Notes: generated from the sequence alone by a model not told the origin. A stretch of 64,000 bases of DNA from an uncultured Verrucomicrobiae bacterium (GCA_963707025.1 CAVPOM010000006.1:320001-384000); one strand, 5' to 3'; counted from the first letter of the stretch, positions 23,805-34,387 are shown. Made by a program: numbers and translations.

Positions 23805-23853
23805 AAAGAAAAGAGTAGCAGACGTGTCAATAAGGCGGTATATATACCGCCTT

Positions 23854-25342
23854 ATGCCCGACACCCCCTTCTTCCCGGCCTGGCGGCCCCGTCTGGCGGC
23901 GGCGGGCCGCCGCTGTGCCCACAGCCTGGCGCGCCTCCGTCACGCCACCTTGAGTCAGATCGAGGACCGCCTGGCTCCCGCCTTGCCCACCGACCTCCTG
24001 CGAAAACCGGCCGCCGGCGACTACTCCCGCGAGCAGGTTTACACTCTGGTTCGCACCTGGTGGTGCTGGGTCTGGCCAGTCTTCCAAGCCAACACTTCCT
24101 GCCGCCACGTCGTCCTTCAGGTGCAGGCCCTGCTGGCCTTGGTCCAAGGCCCGGAACCGGAGCCGGACAGCAGCGCCTATTGCCAGGCCCGCGCCAAACT
24201 CCCCCTGGCCTTGCTGGAGCAAGCCTTCGCGGCCAGCGCCGACAGCGCCGAAAAGCGCGCCCCGGCCAGTACGCTGCTACAGGGCCGCCCGTTGAAAGCG
24301 GTCAATGGCAGCGGCACCCACCTGCCCGACACCCCGGCCAATCGGGCGGCCTTTCCCCCCAGCCAAAGCCTGCAGCCCGGCGGCGGCTTTCCCCACCTGC
24401 GCGTGGTGGCTCTGTTCTCCGCCGCCAGCGGCGCCCTTTTGGCCAAAGCCACCGGCAGCCTGCGCTCCTCCGAACTGGCTCTGTTTCTCCACGGCTTGCG
24501 CTCGGCTTTGCACCCCGGCGACATCCTCTTGGGCGACCGCGCCTATGGGGTTTATATTATCGCCGCCGTCCTCCAACTCCTGGGCGTGGATTTGCTCGCG
24601 CGGGTCTCCGTGCGCAACCGCAAGGTGGATTTCCGCCAGGCCCGCCAACGCCTGGGTCACTGGGACGCGCTCTTTACCTGGTCCAAACCCGGCCGGCCTT
24701 CGCCCCTGCTTTCGTTCCTGGAATGGCTCGGACTGCCGCCGCAGATCACGGTGCGGGTGCTGCGCGCGCGCCTGAGCCGGGCCAGGCTTCCGCACCCGCC
24801 ACCTGACCCTGGTCACGACCCTGTTGGATGCGGCGCTTTTTCCAGCGGAGGAACTGGCGGCCGCTTATGCCCGGCGCTGGCGCATGGAACTGTGCCTGGA
24901 CGATCTCAAAACCACCCTGGGCATGCAGAGCCTGCATTGCCTCTGTCCCCGCATGGTGGAGAAAGAACTCCTGCTCTTCCTCACCGCCCATAATTTCCTG
25001 CGCTGGATCATGGCCGAAGCCGCGCAAAGCCAGAACGTGGACTTGGATCGGATCAGTTTCAAAGGCAGCCTGGACGCCTTCCGGCAATGGACGCAGGCAC
25101 TGGCACAACTCGGACACGCCCGGAACAAAGGGGGACGGCGCCGCCAATTATGGCAGCGGCTGCTCCGAAGGCTGGCGACCGATCTGGTGCCCAGGCGTCC
25201 GGGAAGAGCGGAGCCGCGCGCTGTCAAGAAACGATCCAAATACCCCCATTTGAACAAATCGCGGCATCAATACCGCCAGCCCTGGAGCCGCAATAAACGC
25301 CGCCGTCTGGCCCGGGCCAAAAGAAAGGCTTCCCTTATTTAA
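23854..25342 (+). pseudogene. IS4-family transposase, probably inactive
   Basis: AYCQARAKLP, GDILLGDRAY, YARRWRMELCLDDLKT (YREK-like), RAEPRAVKKR; first catalytic D reads N (KAVNGS); frameshift ~24781. Confidence 0.8.
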
Positions 25343-25351
25343 GCGCCATTC

Positions 25352-25453
25352 CCCGTCCCCGGGCGCAGCATCAGGCACAGCCACGGCGGCTTCGGGATGT
25401 GCCGGGCGCGGCGGAAGTCCAGACGTTGCTGCGCCCGGGGACGGGCGCACTCC
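25352..25453. repeat. REP-like doublet (family B), target of the IS4
   Basis: Rebuilt left arm ggagtgcgcccgtccccgggcgcagca is the reverse complement of tgctgcgcccggggacgggcgcactcc at 25427-25453. Confidence 0.8.
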
Positions 25454-25601
25454 GCCGATGTCCCTGCCGTCATTGCCGCATTACGGGGGCGGCAAGTTCT
25501 GGGTTTAAGGGTTGGTTTTTGCGGGAGTTGCGGATACGATGGCGCCTCGGTTGGCCGGCCGCTGGCTGGAAGTTGGTGATTTTGAACCTTGAACTTGAAT
25601 T

Positions 25602-26810
25602 TTGAACTCGCCCCCATTGCCCACTGTGATCGTTCGCCCGGGCGATGCCAACCGCGTCCTGGCCGGACATCCCTGGATTTACGCCGCCTCCATTCTCCGC
25701 CTGACCGCGCCCGCCGCCGATGGCGACTTGGTGCAAATCAAGGATCATCGCCAGCGCTTCCTTGGCGTCGGCTTCTACAATGCCAAATCCAAAATCCAGG
25801 TGCGCGTGCTCGCGCCGGAGCGGGTGGAGGTCAATCGCGACTTTTTTATCGGGCGCATCCGGGCGGCGCTGGCGCTGCGCCAGAAACATCTTCCCCAAGC
25901 CGCCGCCTTTCGCGTGGTCAACGCCGAAAGCGATTTTCTCAGCGGCCTGATTGTGGACAAATACGCCGATGTCCTCGTCGTGCAGATTTCCTCCCTCGGC
26001 ATGGACCGGCGCAAGGGGCTGATCGTGGAAGCCCTGCAAAGCATTTTTTCGCCGCGCGCCATCGTGGAAAAGAGCGAGGCCTCGTTCCGCAAATTTGAGG
26101 GCCTGGCGGAAAGCAACGGCCTTCTGGCCGGGGCGCTCGACGGCCCCGTGGCGGTGGCGGTCAACGGTCTGCAATTCGAGGTGGACATCATGGCCGGCCA
26201 CAAAACCGGCCTCTATTTGGATCAGCAAATGAACTACCGGGTCGTCGCCGCCCTGGCCGGCGGATGTCAAGTGTTGGATTGTTTCAGCTTCGTCGGCGGC
26301 TTTGCCCTGCACTGTGCGCGGGGCGGCGCGGCCCAGGTCCACGGCCTGGATCAAAGCCCGGAGGCGGCCGCCGCCGCCCAGCGCCACGCCCAGCGCAACG
26401 GGCTGGCGGAAAAATGCAGTTTTGAAGCCGCCAACGTCTTCGACTGGCTCAAAGCGCAAACCGCCGTCAGGCCGCACGAAAAAGTCATCCCCAAATTTGA
26501 CCTGATCATTCTGGATCCGCCCAGCTTCACCCGCACCCGCGCCGCCATCCCCGACGCCATGCGCGGCTACAAGGAAATCCATTTGCGCGCCCTGAAATTG
26601 TTGCGGGCGGGGGGTGTGCTGGCGACCTTTTGCTGTTCCCACCATGTGGATGCCGTCATGTTCGAGGCGATTATCATGGAAGCCGCCTATGACGCCCGCC
26701 ACATCCTGCGCCGCATCGCCTCCTGCAGCCAGTCGCCCGACCACCCCATCCTGCCGGCGGTTAAGGAAACCGAATACCTCAAAGGGTTCATTTACGAACT
26801 GGCCCGCTAA
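25602..26810 (+). CDS. Class I SAM-dependent rRNA methyltransferase (RlmI family)
   Basis: GHPWIY PUA domain, GHKTGLYLDQ, VLDCFSFVGGF, ILDPPSF, ETEYLKG. Confidence 0.92.
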   Translation: MNSPPLPTVIVRPGDANRVLAGHPWIYAASILRLTAPAADGDLVQIKDHRQRFLGVGFYNAKSKIQVRVLAPERVEVNRDFFIGRIRAALALRQKHLPQAAAFRVVNAESDFLSGLIVDKYADVLVVQISSLGMDRRKGLIVEALQSIFSPRAIVEKSEASFRKFEGLAESNGLLAGALDGPVAVAVNGLQFEVDIMAGHKTGLYLDQQMNYRVVAALAGGCQVLDCFSFVGGFALHCARGGAAQVHGLDQSPEAAAAAQRHAQRNGLAEKCSFEAANVFDWLKAQTAVRPHEKVIPKFDLIILDPPSFTRTRAAIPDAMRGYKEIHLRALKLLRAGGVLATFCCSHHVDAVMFEAIIMEAAYDARHILRRIASCSQSPDHPILPAVKETEYLKGFIYELAR

Positions 26811-28258
26811 TCCGGGGCCAGCTTGACCACGGCGGCGGTGGCGGAGGGGACCTGGACTGCGAAGACGCTGTTGGCCCGATCGGCAACGGGGGCGGGCGGC
26901 AGAGGGGTCCAGGAGCAGGGCCAGCTTCCGTCGGCCTGGATGGGCGCGCCGCCCAGCGTCACGCCCGCAGTAGCGGCGATGTCATGGCTGGTGGCAGTCA
27001 AGAAGAGCACCTGGCCGTGGCGGAAGGCTGCTGAATTTTGGGTTATGACCACGGTGGCGCCGCGGGCGGCGGCGCCGTGTTCCTTGTTGATGATGGTGAG
27101 ATAAAGGTTTTTGTCGCCGCCCAACACGGCGCCGGCGCTCAGGTTGAGAGAGTCCGGGTTGGTCAGCGCCGCCGGCAGGAGCCGTCCCTGGCTGCCCAGG
27201 GCGAAGGCCTTGATGGCGTAGCCGAGCGGACGGACCTCGCAGCCGTTGGGCGTGGAAAAAAATGCGGTGTATTTCGACGGCAGCAGTTGGCTGCCGGCGG
27301 CCACGCGGTCGCCGGTGTGAAAATTGAGGCCTGCCAGGCCGCGTTCGGCCCACCACCACATAAAATCCAAACCCCACAAGGCGGAGGCGAAGGTGTTGCT
27401 GACGTTGGTCGCGCCGCCGTTGAAATAATTGTTCACTTCCTCCAGGCGGCAGGGCAGGCCGTTGGAAACGGCCATCGGGACAAAGCCGTCATGGAGTTTT
27501 TGATAAACCTTGACGAAGCCTTCGGCCAGCATCCGGTCCCGCCCCTCTTCCGGGGTCGGGACTTTGCCGCCCGCGCCTCCGGGATAGAGATGTTCGGTGA
27601 TGAGCGCCACCTGGCTGCCGTGCCCGAAGTCGGCCATGAAGCGCCGCGCCCAATCGGCATTATTATGCACGCCCGGGCCGCAAAACTTCGCGCCGGGCGC
27701 GGCGGCGCTGATGGCGGCGGCAAACTTTCCCCAGTCGTCACGATAATTGGCATAGGAATAGCCGTTGCCGTAGGCGCTGGGTTCCTGGCCTATGGAAAAG
27801 CAGTCCAGGAAGGGCGCGTAATGATCCTGGAGGTAGCGCGCCGTTGTGGCGTCCTCCTGCGGATCGCCCTGGTGCAGGCGCAAACAGTAGATCACCTTCA
27901 CCCCAGCCACTTTGGCGAAGGCGAACAGGCTGTCGAGATCGGCCTGGCCGGGCAGTTGTTTGACGTTGCGATCCGAGGTGTTGCCGCCAATGCGCAGGTT
28001 CCGGATGTTGAGGGTGTGGAACAAGTTGACGAGGGCCGGGCGGTCGGGGCGGAAATAACGCCTTCCGTCCGCGCCCGGCAGCAACAGGGAAGCCTCAAAG
28101 CTCAATCCCGAAAAATCCGCCGGGATGGCCGCGCCGGGATTTTTTATGTCCACGGAAATGGTGACCGGCGACTGGGCGTGGAGCAGGGAGTGGAAGAGGA
28201 GAGCGCAGGCCAGCAGGGCGGCGGTCCGGGGTGGCGCGGGCATCGGCAAGGATTTCAT
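26807..28258 (-). CDS. Secreted GH79-like glycoside hydrolase
   Basis: FSGLSFE, LRIGGNTSD, IGQEP, RLEEVNN, VSNTFASALWGLDFM. Confidence 0.8.
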   Translation of the reverse strand: MKSLPMPAPPRTAALLACALLFHSLLHAQSPVTISVDIKNPGAAIPADFSGLSFEASLLLPGADGRRYFRPDRPALVNLFHTLNIRNLRIGGNTSDRNVKQLPGQADLDSLFAFAKVAGVKVIYCLRLHQGDPQEDATTARYLQDHYAPFLDCFSIGQEPSAYGNGYSYANYRDDWGKFAAAISAAAPGAKFCGPGVHNNADWARRFMADFGHGSQVALITEHLYPGGAGGKVPTPEEGRDRMLAEGFVKVYQKLHDGFVPMAVSNGLPCRLEEVNNYFNGGATNVSNTFASALWGLDFMWWWAERGLAGLNFHTGDRVAAGSQLLPSKYTAFFSTPNGCEVRPLGYAIKAFALGSQGRLLPAALTNPDSLNLSAGAVLGGDKNLYLTIINKEHGAAARGATVVITQNSAAFRHGQVLFLTATSHDIAATAGVTLGGAPIQADGSWPCSWTPLPPAPVADRANSVFAVQVPSATAAVVKLAPD

Positions 28259-28395
28259 GTTTGGAAGCTTGCCGCAAAATGCCGGCGGGGGCCATCGTAC
28301 AAATGTTCGATAGCCGGAGAGGCAGACTTTGTTTATGGTTTGCGGCAAATCCCGGAGATTGAAGTTGAGGCTTCTGCAAAACTCGATCTGGATTT

Positions 28396-28465
28396 TGCAG
28401 CGGCGGTCTGTCCCCGCCGCATTTCCGGCCGTTTTGGTTTGCGGCGGTCACAGACCGCCGCTGCA
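28396..28465. repeat. REP-like doublet (family C)
   Basis: tgcagcggcggtctgtccccgccgc ... gcggcggtcacagaccgccgctgca; single arm also at 56495-56518. Confidence 0.75.
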
Positions 28466-28477
28466 GCAATTGCAAAA

Positions 28478-30361
28478 ATGAATGCCTTGATTGCCCGCAG
28501 GCCGCGGTCGCGGCCATTTCTGGCCGCCGCCTGCTTGCTGGCCAGCGGGCCGGCTGGTTTTTTCAGCGCGGCGCCAGCGCAGACGACGGAGGAGGCGGCG
28601 CCGGCGCCGGAGTTCGCCATGCCGGGCAAGGACAGCCCGGAGTCGGCCTGGTGGCGCGATTCGATGAAGACGCACGACGAGCGGATGGAGTGGTGGCGGG
28701 AGGCGCGCTTCGGCATGTTCATGCACTGGGGCGTTTATTCCAGCCTGGGCAACGAATACAAGGGCCGCAAGGGCGGGACTTACGCCGAACATATCATGCG
28801 GATTTTGAAGATTCCCATCGCGGAATATCGCGCGGAAGTGGCCGGCCATTTCTTTCCCAGCAACTTCGACGCCGACACCTGGGTCAGCCTGGCGAAACAG
28901 GCGGGGATGGGCTACATTGTCATCACCGCCAAGCATCACGACGGTCTGGCCATGTGGCCGACCAAGGTCAACGATTACAACGTGATGGACGCCACCCCGT
29001 GGCATCATGATCCCATGAAGGACTTGAAGGCGGCCTGCCAGAGACAGGGATTGAAGTTCGGCTTCTATTATTCGGCGGCGATGGACTGGGGCAATTCCAA
29101 CGCGCCCGGCAACAACTGGGAGCTGCACAATCCGTCCGCGAACAACTGGTGGGAAACGCAGCCGCAGTTCGAGGCCAGGGCCAGGAAATACGTCGAGGAA
29201 AAGGCCATTCCCCAAGTGCTGGAGCTGATTCGCAATTACGACCCGGATATTCTTTGGTTCGATGTCCCCTCCCATCTGCCGCCGGCGGACAATTACCGCA
29301 TCATGAAAGCCGTGCGCCAGGCCTCTCCGCGCGTGGTCATCAACGGACGGCTGGTGCGCGGCTGGGGCGATTACGATTCGACCACCGACCGCCCGGCGGA
29401 ATTCCCGCCGCACGCGGGCGATTGGGAAGGCATTCCCACGACCGACGAATCCTACGGCTGGAACAAGTTCGACCATTCGCACAAGCCGCCCTCGCACTTC
29501 ATCCAGTTGCTGGCCAAGGCGGCGGCGCGCGGGGGGAATATCCTCATGAATGTCGGGCCGATGGGCGACGGCAATATTGACCCGAAGGATGTGTCCATCC
29601 TCCAGGGCATCGGCGATTGGTGGCAGGTCAACGGGGATTCCATCTGCGGCACAACCCGCACGCCGCTGGCGGTGCAGGCGTGGGGCGAATCCACGCGCAA
29701 AGGCAGCACGCTTTACCTGCACGTTTTCAACTGGCCTGCCAACGGGCAGTTGGTCGTGGGCGGGTTGAAGTCCGGGGTGAGGGACGCCTGGTTGCTCGCG
29801 GACAAAGTGATCCAGAACCCGCCCGCTTCACATCCATTGCGCGCCGCCCGCTTGAACCCCCTGGATGTCGGCCTCACCGTGCCGGCGGAGGCGCCGGACA
29901 AAGTGGATTCGGTGGTGGTGCTGGAATGCGAGGGCGACATTGAGACGGACACCAATCTCTTGCTGCAACCGGCGCTTGCCGTCAATACGCTGCGCACATT
30001 CGATGGCGAACTGCGCGGCCGGGAACTCAAGTTTGGCCCGGGCAAAAAGACCGACGCCTGCGTGGAGAATTGGAAGCAAACCAATGAATTCGTGGCGTGG
30101 CCGGCGCGGCTGGCGGCGCCGGCGAGTTTTAACGTCAGTGTGCTTTACGACGCGCCAGCCGCCTCGGCGGGCGGAACCTTCGCGGTCAACTTCGGCCGGC
30201 AGAGCCTGACGGGGACGGTCCTCGCGGGCACGAATGTGTCTGCGGCGCTCGGTCGTGTCCGGTTGGAAGCGGGCACGTTTGAGATACGATGGCAGCCCGG
30301 AACGATCCAGGGCGGGGAATTGATGCGCCCGCGCAGTTTGGTTTTAACGCCGGCCCATTGA
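28478..30361 (+). CDS. Alpha-L-fucosidase (GH29)
   Basis: WWREARFGMFMHWG, TAKHHDG, ILWFD, GGNILMNVGP. Confidence 0.92.
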   Translation: MNALIARRPRSRPFLAAACLLASGPAGFFSAAPAQTTEEAAPAPEFAMPGKDSPESAWWRDSMKTHDERMEWWREARFGMFMHWGVYSSLGNEYKGRKGGTYAEHIMRILKIPIAEYRAEVAGHFFPSNFDADTWVSLAKQAGMGYIVITAKHHDGLAMWPTKVNDYNVMDATPWHHDPMKDLKAACQRQGLKFGFYYSAAMDWGNSNAPGNNWELHNPSANNWWETQPQFEARARKYVEEKAIPQVLELIRNYDPDILWFDVPSHLPPADNYRIMKAVRQASPRVVINGRLVRGWGDYDSTTDRPAEFPPHAGDWEGIPTTDESYGWNKFDHSHKPPSHFIQLLAKAAARGGNILMNVGPMGDGNIDPKDVSILQGIGDWWQVNGDSICGTTRTPLAVQAWGESTRKGSTLYLHVFNWPANGQLVVGGLKSGVRDAWLLADKVIQNPPASHPLRAARLNPLDVGLTVPAEAPDKVDSVVVLECEGDIETDTNLLLQPALAVNTLRTFDGELRGRELKFGPGKKTDACVENWKQTNEFVAWPARLAAPASFNVSVLYDAPAASAGGTFAVNFGRQSLTGTVLAGTNVSAALGRVRLEAGTFEIRWQPGTIQGGELMRPRSLVLTPAH

Positions 30362-30519
30362 GAGGCGGCGAAAGGTGGCTGGGAAATCCAACGCCGAGCG
30401 GTTGACAACCGGTTGAAGCCGTTTTGGATTCCTTGCCCAATCGAGGCGGAACGGGTCCGGGTGCTGCCGGTCCTAAACGCCGCCCAAATCCGGCCTGGGT
30501 TCAATCCAAAACGCGACGT

Positions 30520-30656
30520 TAGACCGGTTTAAGAAATGATGCAGCCGAAACGAGGGAGGTAGGGCGCGCACTCCGTGCGCGCCGCGGCGGGTCCCGATAA
30601 TTCGGGACCGGGACCCTACCGAGTGCTGCGTCTTCAGTTTTCTTGAAAACGCTCTA
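30520..30656. mobile_element. MITE-like element carrying a family A REP
   Basis: TAGACCGGTTTAAGAAATGATGCAGC...GCTGCGTCTTCAGTTTTCTTGAAAACGCTCTA; ends resemble those of 48091-48218. Confidence 0.6.
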
Positions 30657-30793
30657 AACAGGAGCCTGGCCGTGAAATGTTCCGGCCACGGCTGGCTCTT
30701 GCGCAGAAGATTCCGCTGCTTCGGGGGCGGGTTCGCCCAAGGGCAACGCCGCCGGACGCGCCGCAGTTTCCCCTGTTCAAATCCCACTCCGGC

Positions 30794-31147
30794 TTACTTC
30801 TCGCGGATGATCTTCACCCGGAGGGACCCCACGGCCGGCTTTTCCAACCGGGCAAAGGCCGCGTGACTCAAATCCACCACTTTGCCGAATTGCATAAAGG
30901 CCCTGGCCCCGCCGCGGTCCGTCACCTCCACCTGCACGCTTTTGTGTCCGTAAACCACCTCGAGTCTGGTGCCGAGCGGATAATTCCAACTCGCCGCCGT
31001 CAAGGCATCGGGATTAAAAGGATGCCCGTTGGCCATGAGTTTTCCCCGTTCCGAGTCGCCGTACCAGGTGGCGCGGTCGTAACAGCAAGCGTGCCATCCG
31101 CACACCAGCAGAACCGCCGCCAGGAGCAGGGCAAATTTCCGTTTCAC
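30794..31147 (-). CDS. RlpA-like DPBB lytic transglycosylase domain protein
   Basis: ATWYG...[32 protein letters not shown]. Confidence 0.85.
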   Translation of the reverse strand: MKRKFALLLAAVLLVCGWHACCYDRATWYGDSERGKLMANGHPFNPDALTAASWNYPLGTRLEVVYGHKSVQVEVTDRGGARAFMQFGKVVDLSHAAFARLEKPAVGSLRVKIIREK

Positions 31148-31258
31148 GCCGCCATCCTAAACCGGCAGCGGCGCGGCCGCCAACCATTCCGATCACCGCC
31201 TTTTGCTGTATGCTGTAACAATAATGGCCCGTTGCGCGTCTATGGAACTGCTGATAAA

Positions 31259-31981
31259 ATGATGCAACCGATGAAATGCCGCCCGGTCGAAAAATCGAAG
31301 GCCTTTACGCTCATTGAGCTTCTGGTGGTGATCGCGATTATCGCGATTCTGGCCGGCATGCTGTTGCCGGCGCTGGCCATGGCCAAGGAAACGGCCAAAC
31401 GCATCCGTTGCACGAGCAACCAGCATGAGATCAGCCTGGCCAACATGATGTATGCGGATGAATACTCAGGCGATTATCCGCCCTACACCAGCGTGGAGCG
31501 CTGGACCACCTTCATGGTGGCAGAATACCAAAACCCGGCGGTGCTGCTTTGCCCCAGCGAGCAAGGCCCCGCTCCCGCCACCTACGGCACCGGTTCCCCC
31601 TTTCTCCCGGACAGAGTGCCCCGCAGCTATTTTATCAATGGTTTCAATGACGGCTATCTGGATAAATACGGGCCCAATTGGCAGACCAACGCGTATATAG
31701 ACATGCGGGAGAGCGACATCATTCTGCCGTCGGACACCGTGATATTTGGCGAGAAATTGTACAGCGCGCCCGACTTCTACATGGATTACTTCGACATTGA
31801 CGACGGCCTGAGATTGGATCAGGCCAAACACAGCCGGTGCCTGAGCAACACGAATCTGGGCGGCTCCGTCTATGCCTTTGTGGATGGGAGCACGCGCTTC
31901 CTGAGAGTCAACCAGAGCCTGAGCCCGGTGGTGTTGTGGTGTACCGATCCGTTGTATCGGGCCGGCACAACACCGCCCTGA
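31259..31981 (+). CDS. Prepilin-type N-terminal cleavage/methylation protein (paralog 1)
   Basis: [28 protein letters not shown]...YAFVDGS. Confidence 0.9.
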   Translation: MMQPMKCRPVEKSKAFTLIELLVVIAIIAILAGMLLPALAMAKETAKRIRCTSNQHEISLANMMYADEYSGDYPPYTSVERWTTFMVAEYQNPAVLLCPSEQGPAPATYGTGSPFLPDRVPRSYFINGFNDGYLDKYGPNWQTNAYIDMRESDIILPSDTVIFGEKLYSAPDFYMDYFDIDDGLRLDQAKHSRCLSNTNLGGSVYAFVDGSTRFLRVNQSLSPVVLWCTDPLYRAGTTPP

Positions 31982-32076
31982 GCGGGCCTTTGCCTGGAAT
32001 GAGACGGACTGAAAAAAGATTGAGTGGTTGGCAGCATTTTGCCGTCCAATCAACGATTTAAGTGGACAACGATCCA

Positions 32077-32820
32077 ATGAAGAAACCAACAATCCGGAAT
32101 CCGCGCGAGGGAATGACCGCTTTTACGCTCATTGAGCTTCTGGTAGTGATTGCGATTATCGCGATACTGGCCAGCATGCTCTTGCCGGCTCTGGCCCAGG
32201 CCAAGGAAACGGCCAAACGCATCCGTTGCACCAGCAACCAGCATCAGTTGAGCGTGGCGCTGATGCTGTATTGCCAGGATTACAGCGGCGATTTTCCTCC
32301 CCGCCCCAACGACAACCTGGGCGGCTCCTCCCCCCGCTGGCCGACTTACGTGTATCCGGATTATCAAGTTCTGAAGCTGCTGGTGTGTCCGAGCGAAACG
32401 GGCCTGTTTCCGGCCACCTATGGCACCAACTTTCCCAATTTCCAGGATCAGGCGCCGCGCTCTTATTTTATCAACGGCTTCAACGACGGCTACGCCGCCA
32501 AGTATGGCGCCTGGCAGACCAACGGCGTGCCCTTGCCTTTCCTGGCGGAAACCGATGTGCAACAGCCGTCGGACACGGCCATCTTTGGCGAGAAACTGTA
32601 TGGGGCAGGGGACTTTTTCATGGATTACTTCGATATTGACGACGGCCTGAGATTGGACCAGGCCAAACACAGCCGGTGCTTGAGCAACACCAACCTGGGC
32701 GGCTCCGTCTATGCCTTTGTGGATGGCAGCACGCGCTTCCTCAGAGTCAACCAGAGCCTGAGTCCGGTGGTGCTGTGGTGTACCGTCCCCATCTATCGCT
32801 CCGGCACCACCCCGCCTTGA
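32077..32820 (+). CDS. Prepilin-type N-terminal cleavage/methylation protein (paralog 2)
   Basis: [26 protein letters not shown]; 55-aa C-terminal block identical to paralog 1. Confidence 0.9.
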   Translation: MKKPTIRNPREGMTAFTLIELLVVIAIIAILASMLLPALAQAKETAKRIRCTSNQHQLSVALMLYCQDYSGDFPPRPNDNLGGSSPRWPTYVYPDYQVLKLLVCPSETGLFPATYGTNFPNFQDQAPRSYFINGFNDGYAAKYGAWQTNGVPLPFLAETDVQQPSDTAIFGEKLYGAGDFFMDYFDIDDGLRLDQAKHSRCLSNTNLGGSVYAFVDGSTRFLRVNQSLSPVVLWCTVPIYRSGTTPP

Positions 32821-32839
32821 CCGTACCCATGCAGAAGAG

Positions 32840-32997
32840 AACCGCTGATGGACACTGATGGACGCGGATTCTACGGCGCAGAAAAGGAGTTGTCTCCGTG
32901 CTTCTTTCGGTCACGATTTGGCGGCTGCATCCAGCCACGGGAAAAAGCCCATCGTCGCGTTGTCTTATCCGTGTTTATCTGCGTTCATCCCTGGTTC
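32840..32997. repeat. 9-mer-based inverted repeat unit
   Basis: aaccgctgatggacactgatggacgcggat ... atccgtgtttatctgcgttcatccctggtt; similar units at 57811-57840 and 59385-59481. Confidence 0.6.
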
Positions 32998-33037
32998 CAA
33001 TTACATCGTTCCGGTTTGAGCCGCCCCTGGCGCAGCC

Positions 33038-33484
33038 TCATTTGGGAATGACTGGGGCCGTAAAAGGCTTGGAGACGCCTTTGAGCGGGCAGGCGGATAT
33101 TTCCATCACGTACTTTTGACCCGCGACGAGCGGCTCGGGCCGCACGCCTTTAAGGTCCGGTTCCATGCCTTGGATATTCTGCCCGTATTGGAAGATCTTG
33201 ACCGGCTCGGAAACGTTCTTGGAGACCAGGTGCCAGAGGACCCGCGCCACGGCGTTGGTGGGATTGCTGTCCAACGCGGTCACTTTGATGCTGGTCAGCC
33301 GGTAGGAGGTGTCAAGCGTGAACCAAACCGGAAAAATGGAGGCATTGCCGGCGCGGCGGGGCAATTGGCGGATGGAAGGAAAGATCTGAATCTCCCGTTT
33401 CTCACCCCAATGGCTGAAAAAATAAAAGTAAGCGCCGATCACCAGGAGCAGCACCACGATCCAGCCTATTTCTCGTTTTTGCAT
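33038..33484 (-). CDS. Membrane-anchored hypothetical protein
   Basis: N-terminal TM helix (IGWIVVLLLVIGAYFYFF) followed by a beta-rich domain. Confidence 0.7.
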   Translation of the reverse strand: MQKREIGWIVVLLLVIGAYFYFFSHWGEKREIQIFPSIRQLPRRAGNASIFPVWFTLDTSYRLTSIKVTALDSNPTNAVARVLWHLVSKNVSEPVKIFQYGQNIQGMEPDLKGVRPEPLVAGQKYVMEISACPLKGVSKPFTAPVIPK

Positions 33485-33577
33485 TCGTCAGCGGGGTTCG
33501 ATTCGAACCCGGCGGGATTATGGATGAGGGCCGCGCAACTTTAAACTTTTATTTTTCGATTTCAAACCTTAAACCGG

Positions 33578-34387
33578 GTGGTGATGATCGCCCTGTTTGA
33601 CATCGGCAACACCCGCACGCACATCGGCCTGGCCAATGCCAGCCGGGTGCTGCGGCAGATCCACCTTTGGACCGCGGACTGGTCGAATGGCCGCGCGGAG
33701 AACGGCGCCATGAGATTTTTTCGCGGCATTTCCCTCCACGGCGCGGCTTTTTGCAGTGTGGTCCCGGCGGTGACCCCGCTGGTTTCTTTCCTCCTCCGGG
33801 AGAAACTGGGGGTGGCGGCGCTGGCGCTGACGGCCCGGACGGTGCGCGGCATGGGAATTGATTACCCCAAACCGCAGACCATCGGTCCCGACCGGCTGGC
33901 CAACGCCATGGCCGCCCGACACGCTTACGGCGCTCCGGTGGTGGTGGTGGATTTCGGCACGGCGGTGACCTTTGACATTGTGGACCGGCGGGGCAATTAC
34001 ATCGGCGGCATCATCGCGCCGGGCCTGGAGGTGATGACCGATTATTTGCATGAGAAAACGGCCTTGCTCCCGCGCATCAAAATCCGCGACGTGCCGGCCC
34101 TGGTGGGCAAGAATACCGAACAAGCCATGTTGATCGGCGCGGTCCATGGCTATCGCGGCCTCATCCGCGAGTTGCTCGCCCAAATCAAACGCGCCCTCCG
34201 CTGCCGCGACCTGCCGGTTGTCGCCACCGGTGGCTATGCCCGCGTCATCGCCGCCCGCTTGCCGGAAATCACCGCCGTGGCGCCGCTGCTCACGCTGGAT
34301 GGCCTGCGTCTGGCCTGGGAGGCCCGCCGGGAGGACGAGGAGGGCAAAGGCGGCGAACGGCCCTGCCTCCTTTCCCGCGCGGATTGA
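33578..34387 (+). CDS. coaX: Type III pantothenate kinase
   Basis: DIGNT, IGPDRLANA, VVDFGTAVTFD, GGIIAPG, ATGG. Confidence 0.93.
   Translation: MVMIALFDIGNTRTHIGLANASRVLRQIHLWTADWSNGRAENGAMRFFRGISLHGAAFCSVVPAVTPLVSFLLREKLGVAALALTARTVRGMGIDYPKPQTIGPDRLANAMAARHAYGAPVVVVDFGTAVTFDIVDRRGNYIGGIIAPGLEVMTDYLHEKTALLPRIKIRDVPALVGKNTEQAMLIGAVHGYRGLIRELLAQIKRALRCRDLPVVATGGYARVIAARLPEITAVAPLLTLDGLRLAWEARREDEEGKGGERPCLLSRAD

Larger units (their letters stand above)
23448..25351. mobile_element. IS4-family insertion sequence with divergent passenger ORF
   Basis: Terminal IRs GAATGGCGCTTAAATAAG / CTTATTTAAGCGCCATTC; 12-bp direct repeats cccgtcctcggg (23436-47) and cccgtccccggg (25352-63). Confidence 0.9.

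Noticed and set aside
27038..28477. N-terminal extension of the 1107-aa fucosidase ORF
   Set aside because: It overlaps the GH79 gene on the opposite strand and a REP; the real start with a signal peptide is near 28478
31781..32820. Diversity-generating retroelement TR/VR pair
   Set aside because: Differences between the repeats are synonymous and not adenine-specific, both copies are coding, and there is no reverse transcriptase in the window
33491..33515. tRNA-like GGTTCGATTC motif
   Set aside because: It is a simple palindrome (gggttcga-t-tcgaaccc) with no cloverleaf
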